Shown here one piece after another: positions 50,880 to 62,939 of a stretch of 64,000 bases of DNA. Positions within the stretch are counted from its first letter, which is position 1; each line of letters opens with the position of its first letter. Position numbers and translations under genes: made by a program. The stretch is from positions 1 through 64,000 of the forward strand of contig MU053166.1 of NCBI GenBank assembly GCA_013239625.1, read 5' to 3'. Origin of the DNA: Lama guanicoe. Lineage: Eukaryota. The notes under the pieces were generated by a model that was given only the letters and a program-made list of their open reading frames with translations, was not told the DNA's origin and made no database searches.

Positions 50880-53049
50880 AAAAGGATGCTGTAAAGGAAT
50901 CATACAACTTCCCATGTCTCCATTTTCCAAGCTCCAGTATTCTCATTGAAAATATCCTTTACCATGCTGGTGATCACCCTCATTATACAAATGATCACTA
51001 TCAGGGGTTTCTGCCTTGCCATTGTCTCATTATGATCTCAGCTGAAGTTTCACAAAACTGAAGGCTTTTACAGCCTTCTCCTGTAAATTATTTGGTTTAT
51101 TTCTTAGAGAGATGGGTTTCCACCTAGACTTGGGATTTGCCATTGTTCTTATACTTCGTGTTGCTTCCATATTCTGATGAGGAATTCAATGCTCCCCTCT
51201 GTGTGGTCTTTGGGAAAGTTTTGTGAAGAGGATACTAACTAATGTTCTTGGGATTTTCTTATGTGCCAATTTTGGGACAAAGCATCTTGCTCACATTGTT
51301 TCACTTTAGCTTCTGAATAACCCTGGTAAATTCGTGTTATTGTTATTCATAGAGGAGGATATCGAGGCTGAGAATTTAAATATCATGATCGACTCCACAC
51401 TAGTAAGCAGTGGAGTCAGGATTTGAGACTTTCCCTATAATTTCCCTAGAACTGCCAAGCACAAGTTCTTTCTATTGCCATTGCTCGGCAGGTCCCAGAC
51501 TAAGTTCCCGGAGCAACTCCTGAAGGAATGCCTTTTTCTCGCTCCAGCACTTGAAAGTTTCTTTCTGACATCCAGGCTAACTGCACTGCTTATTTTGTAA
51601 TCCAGTCAAATGCAGCAGCAGTTTTATATTTCTGCCGTTGAATCTCAGATCCAAGCAACTGGCAGCAGCATAAATCCCTCAGTGTAAAAGAATTGTAATG
51701 ATCTGACTTTGTCGATAGGTTGACACCAAATTCTTTTAGTCACATAAGACTTTTTGGAGTTAGAAATAAAAATAGTTGCAGAGGAGTGGATTTGCGGAGT
51801 CACAGAAGAACAATTTAACTGAAAAAATGATGCTTTATAAAATATTTATAATAAAATATGTTTAATTTTCCATCCCTAGAGACAACTACCAAAAATACAC
51901 CTCCTTTGATTTTTATTCCCATCACTTCCTTCATTTCCTCTCAAGTCTGCACTGAAATAATGTTCATAATCTGCTGCAGGCTATACCGTCCTGCATTTCC
52001 TCTTCTGAAAAAGGGACAAGCAAGAATCTTCTTACCAGGTGATAACTGGTTCACCTTCAGGAATAAAGTCGTTAATGAGAAATGGTTATATTACGACTGC
52101 CTATTTTTACCCCTCATCTTAGTTTTTCTAATTTACATAAACCTATGACTATTTTACTACAAACCATAAAAAGAAATAGCAATCTTTATATAATGTTTAC
52201 AACCTAAGAAAACCACTCAGTTCAGTTCAGTATGAGGACTTAGTATGAGCTATGCTAGAGAAGTTGCTCTTGAGGAATTTATAGTCTATGGAAGAACAAA
52301 CACAAAGAGGAAAAAAAAATCCTAAGCTACAAATGCTATGAGACAATAATTTTATCAACTTGAAAATTCCACAAAGACTTACTGGTGGGAATAAGTAAAG
52401 TGGACCAGGTGAATATAAAGGGAGAGAGACTTCTGACAGAGGAAACTGCCTGAAATAAGGCAATCTAGGGTGTGAGGTATTGCTAGTGTTCTGTCTCCCA
52501 CATCTCCTCCCAGTTCCCAGCGTGAGAGTGAGGTCCAGTGAGGAGCTTACTCTGCGTCTTTTGCTGCCGTCAGTAAGGAGAAACGATGCAGTGAAAGATG
52601 GGGCTAGCTGGCATTCTGCTTTCCCTTAACTGTGATGTATGTGTGTGGGGGTTGGGATGCTATCTACAAGGGGCTGACTGTCCACTCCATCCCTACACGC
52701 AGGACCTGGCACCAACGTTGATGTCCCTAACCACAACAAAATCCAAGCCAGTCTGCTTTTCTTGCTACCGCAGGTGATACTTGGATTTGCTTGGGAACCT
52801 GCTATGGCGTTTCCAGAAAATGTCATTATGAGAGGAATAAACCTTTTCTTATCTTCTTGGTGCAGTTTGGCACTATCAGCCTCCAAATCTCGATTTTGGG
52901 TGGTGTTTCCATCTCATCTCCTTAATGCCTAAATAGATGTATAGGTAGGATGGCGATTCAAGTTGACTGACTCCGTTTTCTCATGTGACTGCGGAGACCG
53001 TTTTTCCTGAGAGAGAAGAAAGGTCAGCGATGAATCCTACATGTGGTAA

Positions 53050-53760
53050 ACTTAGATGCAAAAAATCCCCACAAAATATTAGCATATCTAATTGGTCAAT
53101 GAATAAAAATAATCACTGACTCTGATCAACTGGAATTTGTTCTAGGTATGCAAGTCTGGTTCTACACTCAAATATCAGTGAGTGCAATTCACTATGCCAA
53201 CAGGATAAAGAAGAAAAATCACATGATCGTATCAACTAATTCAGAATTAACATTTGAAAACATACAACAACTATTCATGATAAACACTCTCAGGCAATTA
53301 GGAATAGGGTGGAGGAAGGGACTTCCTCTACTTGAAGAACATCTACCAAAAACCAGCAACTAACAAAACCCTCAGTCGTGAATGACTGAATGCTTTTCAC
53401 CTAAGATCTGGAATAAAGTGAAAATGTCCACTCTCACTACCCTTATCCAACAATTGCTGCAAGTTGTTGTCAGTACAGTAAGGTTAGGAAGGGGAACAAC
53501 AGATACACTGATGAGAAATGAATAAATAAAGCTGACCTATTTGCAGATGAAATGACTACCTACATAGAAAACCCCAAAGAATCTATAAAAATTCTACAAC
53601 TAATTAATGAGTTGAGTATGACTGTAATATCATCTTGCAAAAATCAAAGTAAACAGGTAGAAACAGAAAAGAAAAAAATTGTACTTGCTCAAAATAAAGT
53701 GAAGTACTTAGGTGTAAATGGAATCACACATGTACATAATCTGTGTGCCTAAAATTACAA
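53050..53760 (+). mobile_element. Old L1 ORF2 (reverse transcriptase region) fragment
   Basis: gatgcaaaaaatccccacaaaatattagca; ctatttgcagatgaaatgactacctacatagaaaaccccaaagaatc (decayed LFADD motif). Confidence 0.85.
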
Positions 53761-53764
53761 AATT

Positions 53765-56130
53765 GGCTATTATTATTTTGAACAAACTGTTACCTGTTAG
53801 AGCAATTAAGAATAAGAAAAATACAAATTTAATTTTTCCTTCACTTAACCTATTCCTTCTATAACTTCTTTTAATACTGCTTGTCCAGCAGGTAAACTGG
53901 CAACAAATTCCCTTAATTTTGGTTAGTCTGAGAAAGTCTTTATTTGCCCTTCAGTTTTGAAAGATAATTTTTTAGGGTACAGAATTCTAGGCTGGTGATT
54001 TTCTCTCTCAACACTAAATATTTCACTCCACTTTTTCCTGCTTGCGTGTTTTCTGAGAAATTGATGTCCTTTTTATCTTTGTTCCTCTTCAAGGTAAGGT
54101 GCTTTTTTAATTCAGCCTTCTTTCACGGTTTCTTTTTTCCCCCTTCATCTCTGATTTTCTGTGGTATGAAATTAATATGAGTAGGTGCATTTGTCCTGCT
54201 TGGAGTTCTCTGAGTTTCCTGGATTTGTGGTTTGCTGCCTGACATTAATTTGGGGGAAATTCTCAGTTATAATTGTTTCAAATATTGCTTCTATCCTTTT
54301 CTTTTTCTCCTTCTGGTCTTCCCATTATGCATATATTAAAATATTTTGCAGTTGTCCCCCGGTTCTTGGGGTTTTTTATTTCAGACTTATTTTTTTTTCT
54401 GTTTACTTTTAATTTTGCAGGGTTCTACTGAAGTCCTGTCAAACTCAGCAATTCTTTCATCAGCTGTGTCCCACGTAATAAGCCCAATTAAGGCATTCTT
54501 CCTTTCTTTAACAGTATGTCTGACCTCAAGCGTTTCTTTTTCTTTCTTAGAATTTCCATTTGTCTGCTACATTGCCCATCTGCTTTGGCATGCTGTCTAT
54601 TTTACCGACCTTAGAGCTCTAGGTGATTATTCTCAGTGATTATCCCCAGTCAGATAATTTCAACAGCCCTGTCCTAACTTAATTTTGTTATGAGGTTTGT
54701 TTTGTCTCTTCAAACTGCGTTTTTAGTGTGTCTTGATATCTTGTCATTTTTCTGGTAGTTGAACATGATATACCAAGTAAAGGAAATTGTTGTAAAAAGG
54801 CCTGTAATAATGTGGTGGTGTTACCTGGAGGGGGGGGAATCAAAGTTACCTTGGTTCATAGTCACCTGAAAAAAAAAAGAATTTCTCCCAGGAGACAGAA
54901 TGTGTGATATAAAACCTAAGATTTTATTAGTGAAGTAAAAAGGTAGTAAGACGTAGTCCACCCCTGAGACCTGGGGGCAGGCCACTCCAAGAGGAAAAGT
55001 GGTGCCGCTGCTTTGTTTTTCCTGTTTTATATCCTGGCTTAGGGGGCGTTTTCGTGATTGGTTGATTCACTGCTCAGGTTCTGCGAGCGCCCAGGCTGAT
55101 TGACAGCTCACGTTCCTTGTGCTCAGGCACGCCCATCTCTTCTGCGCATGTCCTTACCCATGATGCACACGGGGAAACCTGCGGGCCGGGCCGGGGCTCA
55201 GACTGCGGTACTAATTACATCGTAGTGAGCATTGGGTCAAGTTAAGCCGGGTCCTTCTCTCTACTGGGCAGCCGCAGCGTTCCAGTCTAGCCGGCTTCTT
55301 TGCGGGCCTTCATTTAGACAAAGTAAGTGTGGGGCCTCTTGTCCTGAGCGCAGGAGTGCTGTTAATTTTGGGGTTGCTCCCTCCCCCTTCTCTCCCCTTC
55401 CCTGGTGCTCATTTCTATCTAACTGCCTAACAGTGGTAAGGTGTTTGGGGATGTGAGGCCTCCTACAGTCCTATGAGTAGGTCTCAGTCTTTCAGGACAA
55501 TTTCCCTTGGACTATAAACTTCACTAGTGCTTTTCTCAGTTCCCCCACCAGCACCTTAGGTGGGACAGGACGGCCAGAGTGGATTGATATTGAGTATTTT
55601 CTTTCTCCCATGTGGAAGGCTAGCTGGGTCTGGAGTCGGCTATTTCCCTTTCTCCACGTGGAAGATGAGAGTCAGGTGTGGTTGGGGATTTCCAGTCCCC
55701 TAAGTCAATGAGGCTCCGATAAAACACCTGCAGGTTGGGCGCTGTTTAAATGGTTTTTCCCGAGGGCAGACCTTGTTAAGAATAGAATGATCTGGTGTAT
55801 TTCAAACTGGTTGCTTTTCCCCTCTTTGCGGTAAGCAGCAGGGGACTTTTCTCCAGTGTTCTTTGTGAGAAACTGATACAAATTTAGAAAGTAAAACCCA
55901 CAAAAGTGTGGTCCTCCCCATGAATGAGTCTCTGGAGTTTTTCACTCTCAGAACTGTCTACACTGAGCCTCCTGTAGTTAATCAGTTCTAGTTCTGGTTT
56001 TCCTGCCTGGCACGGATTCCTGCACAGGTTTCAACTTGTGGATCTCTGCCCTGGTAAGTTACCATTTTTGTATTCACCTGTTGGTCTCTCCAATTTTGGT
56101 GGCAATGATTTGCTTTGTGACCTCATTTCT
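53765..56130 (-). mobile_element. Old L1 5'/ORF1 region, interrupted by LTR 54819-55432
   Basis: ctggcaacaaattcccttaattttggttagtctgagaaagtctttatt; tgacattaatttggggaaattctcag. Confidence 0.7.
54819..55432 (-). mobile_element. CpG-rich solo LTR (ERV1-like, 614 bp)
   Basis: TG..CA; GTGG TSD at 54815-54818 and 55433-55436; minus-strand TATAAAA near 55030 and AATAAA near 54925. Confidence 0.88.
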
Positions 56131-56444
56131 CTTAGATAAGTTGGGGCCACTAACAAGCATTTCTAAACTTTATTGTTTTTATAAAATATGTTTGTATTTA
56201 TTTGCACTAGAAAGGTAGGTTAAAGCAATGGTATAACTTGAAGCAGTTAGGACGCAATTCAAAATATAAAGTTTAATTAACAAAATAAAACCTAGGAAGT
56301 ACAAGTAGTTTAATATTATTAGAGAGTAAGAGCTTCTAGGAGGATATTGGAAAATATGAATAAAGAAATTGGTTTGTTGGGGGTCTGGAGAGACTTGAAG
56401 TTTATGGTAGAAAGTTTGGATTTTTATTTTGCCAGTCATGTTAT

Positions 56445-56895
56445 ACCTTATGTTTTATTTTGCCAGGGTAACAAATTATCATAAACTTAATGGCTTAAAA
56501 TAACACAGAGTCATTATCTTAACAATTCTGTAGGTCAGAAGTCTGAAATGGGTTTCACTGAGTTGCAATTAAAATGTCTGCAGGGCTGTATGTGTATGTT
56601 TTTTTCTTTTTTTCTGGTGGCTATAGAAAAATCCTCTCCTTTTGCTTTTTCCAACTTCAAGAGACTGCCTGAATTCCTCAGCAGCTAATCCCTTCCTCCA
56701 TTTTCAAAGCTAAGATTGTAGCATCTTCAGGTGTATCTTACCCTCCTCCCTTTCTCTTACTTATAGGAACCAGGATAATCCCCTCAAGTTTCTTAACTTA
56801 ATTACTCTGGTGAAAACCCTTTTGCTGTGAAAGGTAGCATATTTACAGGTTCTAGGAATTAGGATATGGACATGTGCTGCATGGGCACTATTCAT
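56445..56895 (-). mobile_element. MaLR LTR (MLT1B/C-like)
   Basis: gtaacaaattatcataaacttaatggcttaaaataacacag...ttctgtaggtcagaagtctgaaatggg...ttctaggaattaggatatggacat. Confidence 0.8.
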
Positions 56896-57744
56896 AAACA
56901 TTTATTGTGGATACCTATGGAGACATCTAAAAGAATCAAAGGTTGAAATTGAGTTTGCTTAATGTTAGGTGCGTAAGCAAAACTTCTGCAGTTGTGTGTA
57001 GTGGCACAATTTGCCTGTCCCCCTGAGTCTTCCAACCCTGTGCCCAAAGCTGGACTCAAAATTAGAAAAATACAATGATCTATTTATGCCCTAGATTGAT
57101 GTGGAAGATCCTGGGTATTAGTGACTCCTGTGTCACTTGTCTTATATTTTTTGTGTCCCAACTTTTGTTGCTGCTTCAAAATGGTAATTATTTCAAAGAT
57201 TTCAAACATACAAAATGTGCACAGCATATGTTTAATACTGTCTAATTCTCCTGCTTTTCTTCCAACAAGCCAGATCCATGCTTCTGTTCTTTTCATGTGT
57301 GTCTGTCCTTTGAGACGGTTGTATTGAAAAGGCCGGTGTTAAATTCTCATTGGCTTTTGTTTTTTTTCTGAAGATTCAGAAAAGTATGTGTCAGTTCCAG
57401 TGGACTCATCTGTTCTATCTTGCTTGGGTGGCTGTTAATATCAAAGTTGCAAACATTCTTGTGCAGAACAGATTTTACTGTAATTAAATCATTCAGAGTG
57501 AAAGAAGTTCAGTGCGACTTTTACTTATCTTTTGTCTTTTGCCGGGGAAAACAGTAATTTTGCTGAAATTTTCAGCACGCAGGCTGTCATCCAGTCTCTT
57601 CTTTCATCTCTGAAGGTGACATATCCAGATATGACTTTAAACATTGTTCCTTAGAGGTTTGCACAAAGGACTTCTATAACTAAGTGTGTAATTCAGAAAT
57701 GTCACTATCACTGCATTGTGAAGGATGTGTGATTGTTGGAGTAG

Positions 57745-57877
57745 GAATGGCTTGTATTAATCTTATTTGGCTTTTCCTAGTATTCTCCTATTTCAGTGAG
57801 ATTAGAGGAAAAATGAATGGCTTGTATTAATTTTAGTTGGCTTTTCCTAATTTTATCTTAATTCAATGAGATTAGAG
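57745..57877. repeat. Diverged tandem duplication, 70-bp period
   Basis: gaatggcttgtattaat...tgagattagag at 57745 and 57815. Confidence 0.85.
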
Positions 57878-59969
57878 CTCGTATGAGATTGTCCTCAGGT
57901 ATTGCTCAACAACACATATATTAGTTAAAGCAACAGAAGTCTGCATTATATTTACTCACTGTGTTAAGGGTGTAGTGCAACGAATTTCCACGGAGGGAGT
58001 TCACCTGATAAGAACACATGGAACTCCAGCAAACTAAGTTGTCTCCGTGGCTTAACTGTACTGTCATTTCATGAAATTTTAATGAAGTTAACAATAAATT
58101 GTAGATGAGTTCAGTGTTATTACTTGCCACAGATTGGTGAAAAGAGGTAGAAATGTGAAATGCAAAGCCAGTGAAATTAACATTTAAAACGGCAATCAAT
58201 GAAAGCACCATTCAGAATCTCAATATATGCTAGGCTCCTAAACAAGAAATTCATAAAGCAGAGCTCCTAAAATTTTGGCAATTTCTCAGTACTTGAGAGG
58301 AGCAGTGATATCAACTTGCTGACACTGTTTTAAATTCTTCTTTCAAAAGCTGAATAGAAATCATTACCTTACCACCATTACTTTGTAACTGTTTGACATG
58401 ATTTATTCCTGAATGTCAAAGAGCTTTAATATAATACCTTATCATAAATTTAATAATTCCTTAGCATCCTTGGGATAATACGGAGTTTTCCTAAAGTCAA
58501 ATGCATTGTGAATAGTAGAGACAAAATGAAAATTCACTTCCTTGTTTCCATGTACCTAAACTCACATATACATATAAAAGAATATATATATTCTTTTTTG
58601 GATATTGTAAAAATTATCTGCCCACTACGAGGTTGTGAGATGTTTCTAAACTTGCAGGAGTTTTTGATTTGTAGCCAAGTTACTAATGAGAGCTATCTAG
58701 AGGAGGAAATATAGTAAAGGGACACCAGAAACTACCACATGTACAATTGCTGAAAGAATCAGAAAAGCAGAGAGTGATGACATGGAAGGGAAACCAATAG
58801 CCGCCTTTAGACATCTGAATGATTATCATGTCTAGTTCCTGAAGTTCTAATATATGGAATTAATATGGAAACATGCTTCCATCTAACATCAAGAAAATTA
58901 GGAATCCCCAGTGATGGACTATGTTGCCTCAGATGTGAGCTCCCCGTCACGAAAGTGATTAAGGAAAAGCTGGATCACCATTTTCCAATTTATTTAAAAT
59001 AATTTGTTTGCACTATGCACAAGAATAGGTTAGAGGAATACGTTTCTGTTCCTCTTTATATTTCTATGATTACTCAGTGTAAGAAAGGGGGAGATGCTAA
59101 GGTACCCAGCTGCCCAGTGAAGCGGGTAACAGCCTGATGCCCCAGGAGGGGAGCTGATCAGGGTTCACAAGACAAATGCAGCTGAAGTCAACGAGAACCC
59201 CAGAGAGTCTCTAATTATTCATGGTGTGTTGTTCTCTGTTTGCCTACAAATACCTCATGGATATACCCTAGGCTATAAATAAACTCTTTGTGGCGATCCG
59301 GCCTTTGTAATGGATACACCTAAGCATCTTAATCTTCTATATATCTTTCTCCTCTTTGCACAGTATAAAGATTCTTTAAGAATCTTTGCCAGTCTTGTGA
59401 GTTTTAGATGTATTTTGGTAGCTTGCAGCTAATTCAAAATAATGATGGAAACGCTGAGTCCTATTTTTTTTGTTGTTGTTGTTCTGGGAGAATGCCCTGA
59501 ATTTGCCCCTTATTCTTCGAAGTTGCTCTCTGATAGTTTTACCTAGTCCTTGAATTCTAGTGAAATGTAGATATCAGTGAGACTCTATCCAACATGGGAG
59601 GGCTACCACAGGGGCCATAAGTTTCCTAAACCCTTTAAAAAGCCAAGGAAGGACATAGCTGTAGTAAGACGTATTGTTTTGAAGGGATGCTCCTTGAGTG
59701 ACGTGAATTCAGAGTACCAGAATTTTGACAGAAGTGTCAGTCGAGGACTGTCCAGATCAGAGAGCTCCAAAATTGGACATTTATCTCAGAAATCTAAAAA
59801 TACAACAAACTGTTTAATAACATTTCAGTGGATAAGACGTGTGACATTTCTAGAGTTTCTTTAAGTTTAAACATACAAACATTTCATGCATGTACATACA
59901 CAATATGTGAACACAAATACTAATATTAGTTACTAAATACTAAACTTAGGCTGATATTAAATTCCAGTT

Positions 59970-60355
59970 ACGTCTGTGAGTCTTTGTTTTGTAAATAAGT
60001 TCATTTTTCTTTTTTTTTATTCCATATATAAGTGATACCATATGGTACTTTTCTTTCTCTTTCTGGCTTACTTCAGTTAGAATGACATTCTCCAGGTCCA
60101 TCTATGTTGCTGCAAATGGCATTATTTTATTATTTTTTCTGGCTGAGTAGTATTTCATTGTATAAATATACCACAACTTCTTTACCCAGTTATCTGTCGA
60201 TGGACATTTAGTTTGTTTCTATGTCATGACTGAAACATTATGCTGTATACCAGAAATTGACACAACACTGTAAGCTGACTATACTTCGATAAAAATACAT
60301 ATGATACAAATATTACATATAATATATGTATTATATATATAAAATACAAAAAAAA
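59970..60355 (+). mobile_element. Short 5'-inverted young L1 (inverted part ~59970-60225, sense 3' end ~60226-60355)
   Basis: Antisense ORF2-end/3' UTR joined to sense atgactgaaacattatgctgtataccagaaattgacacaacactgtaagctgactatacttc plus A-rich tail; flanks aattccagtt/aaatccaatt. Confidence 0.75.
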
Positions 60356-60437
60356 TCCAATTTTGATGTTCAAGTTAATCATCTCAGACTTTGGGGTACA
60401 TCCTTTGTCTGGGTCCTCTTTTTTTAATTTTTGAAAT

Positions 60438-60636
60438 TGTCGGGAGCCCGGCCACCAGACCCTGAGGCTGTACGCACGGCGAGGCCTACAGGAGGCCCAC
60501 TACACGGCGGTGGGCCGAAAAGGTGTGGCAAGCTTAAGAGTTAAAAATACAAGGAATTCCTATTTAGGGAGGAGGCTGGTCCGAAGATAGTGAGTTATCT
60601 CAATTGATTGTTCACAAAAGAATAAAGAGGAATTGG
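60438..60636 (+). mobile_element. Truncated young LTR start (ERV2/beta-like)
   Basis: Begins TGTCGGGAGCC, like IAP/BTLTR-type termini; CpG-rich relative to flanks; no 3' CA end visible. Confidence 0.6.
60574..60616 (+). pseudogene. RNY1: 5' fragment (nt 1-43) of Y1 RNA
   Basis: GGCTGGTCCGAAGATAGTGAGTTATCTCAATTGATTGTTCACA vs human Y1 (recalled) GGCTGGTCCGAAGGTAGTGAGTTATCTCAATTGATTGTTCACA, 42/43. Confidence 0.9.
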
Positions 60637-62939
60637 AATCATCTCAGACTTTGGGGTACATCCTTTGTCTGGGTCCTCTTTTTTTAATTTTTGAAATTAT
60701 CCAGTTCTGTGCAGTCTAATAGTCCTCTTCTTCCAGTGTTTAATACTACTTTTTTTCTCCATTTTCTGTAATGAATACTTTTTGTATTAAGGCACTTAGA
60801 ATACATCAAATTCTCATTTCATTCCTGAGACTTGCTCTTAGTTTGGGCCTTATGTATACATATGCTCACCTAATATAGGAACATTTATATCCTTCAGTAT
60901 TCCCTTCGAAAATATATTCCCTGTCTTTCCAGAGAGAGAGAAGGAAGTATAGCCTTTTTTTTAAAAAAAAATCTTTCTCTTTTTTTCCTGTCTCTTTCTC
61001 TATCATTTGAAAGCCTCGACTTCAGTCTTTTGGATATTCCGCAGTGGCGGTGATGGAAGAAGAGTGGGTGGTTAGGCATCTACCTAGCTCTAATCACCGA
61101 GGTGTTTGTGTTCAACCATTAAGATGGAACTGTGCTCATTGTCAGGTTGATTACACAAGCAGAGCCTGTATACTTACTCACTTACTGGGTAGTGACGGCA
61201 GTGTTGAATCACGGCAGTAAACTGGACCATAAGGCTGTGAAGGTTTCTGCAATATCTAGGATTATCCAGTTGGGTCTAATTTGGCCAGTGCAAAAATTTG
61301 AGACACAGAAATAGTCCATCCTAATTCTAATCAGAAGCAGAGTATCAAAACTAAATAGAAATGTAAGGATATATGCTCCAAAGAACAATGCAAACACGGT
61401 CTTTTTGGGGGGAATGTCAGCTATTCAAGCCCACCATTGCTCTGGAGGATAATATTCAAGGAGTTCCTCAGCTTAATGGTGGTAATTGATTTCAAGCCCA
61501 GAGAAAGGCAATCTAAGAAATGACTGTAGCTATTCTCTGAGGAAGTGAGCAATGGAAAAGCAATCCAATAGGCATTTTGCTGTTCCCATGAGATTGTACA
61601 TATTTTCCTGTTGCTTTCAGAGTCCAGATTCTGAGGATGAACCCCCCTCCCCATTTCTTTTTAGGGGCACAAACTGGAAAATCAAAACAAACAAAAATAA
61701 TAAAACTTTAGGGATAGAATAGGTATGTGTTGATGAAAACCAAGTTTACTGTGGACTAAATCAGAGAGGAAGCACCCCTAGAGCAAGTGGGGAATATTTA
61801 GCACTGAATAAGAATTCACATTTTCCCTCTCCATAAGATCGGACATACAAATTTAACCTGACGTGGTGGCAGGACTAATGTTTTTCTGTCATCTTTTATT
61901 TTAAATAATTATCATTTCTCTTTTCCTCATAATAGTGTACATTTTATACACACACACTGTAACTTAAAGGCCAAAGCTATTCAATTACCCTGCTTGCATG
62001 ATACATGGTGATGATGGTGAAAAGCTACCTCATGTTGCAAGCATGGCATGGAATTGTACTTTTCACAGTATTGGAATTTCAAAATTGTGTACAAAAATAT
62101 TTGTCATGGATGACGTAATGGGAAGCAAAGCCTGCCATCTTAATAAGAGCTATATTGTAATGATATTGGAAACACTACACCCAAGGGATGGGAAAACAAA
62201 GCAAAATGGAAGTTTTTGAATTGAGGTGTTAACTGGTGTTTCATCTGAGAGAGATGGAATTTTTACTTACTTTATTCCAAAATTCCCTACTTCAATTTTA
62301 TTCTTCACTTGCTGACCTGTTTTCCATTAGTCTATTGCCAAAATGGGACATAATCACATATAACCCAATCAGACTGAGTCTTAAAATAGACAGACAAGAT
62401 AAGGTCAAAGAAACAGCTGAGTTTAGAGTGTCTGCCCTCTGGATTTATATTATGGACTTTGAGAGATGAAAAAGCATTCTCTGGTTTAATGAATTGAGTA
62501 TGATTTGATTCTCTATTGAATCACTGTGTGTCATTCAACCAGAAGTTCAACTTACTACTGCACCTGATTCCAGTTAAATTTTTTGAGACCCACAACTGGG
62601 GAAATTTGAAGCTGCTACCATAAGAGTAAAAGCCAAAACACCTCCGGAGATTATTTTATGCAACATCACATCACCCTGTACAACTGAAAATGCTATCAAG
62701 GACTATAAAGGTATTGTAATCTAGAAAATAATAATGGAAAATAGAAAAATAAAAGCAAACAGTTACTGCCCTATAATTTTTTAGTTGTGTGACCATCCTC
62801 AGACACAGGGAAATCTAATGACAGAAGAAAAACAGCTTAGGCAAATTTTTCTATACTTCACATGCATACCTGTTAGTATCTGAACATATTCAAGGAGTGA
62901 TTTTTGATATTATTTTTAGAAATAAGTGAAACTGAAAAA

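Larger units (their letters stand above)
60377..60698. repeat. Perfect 62-bp direct repeat (60377-60438 and 60637-60698)
   Basis: aatcatctcagactttggggtacatcctttgtctgggtcctctttttttaatttttgaaatt occurs twice, identical. Confidence 0.97.

Noticed and set aside
60574..60616. Functional RNY1 gene
   Set aside because: Only the first 43 of ~112 nt are present; the 3' stem strand, oligo-U terminator and a recognisable upstream type-3 Pol III promoter are missing.
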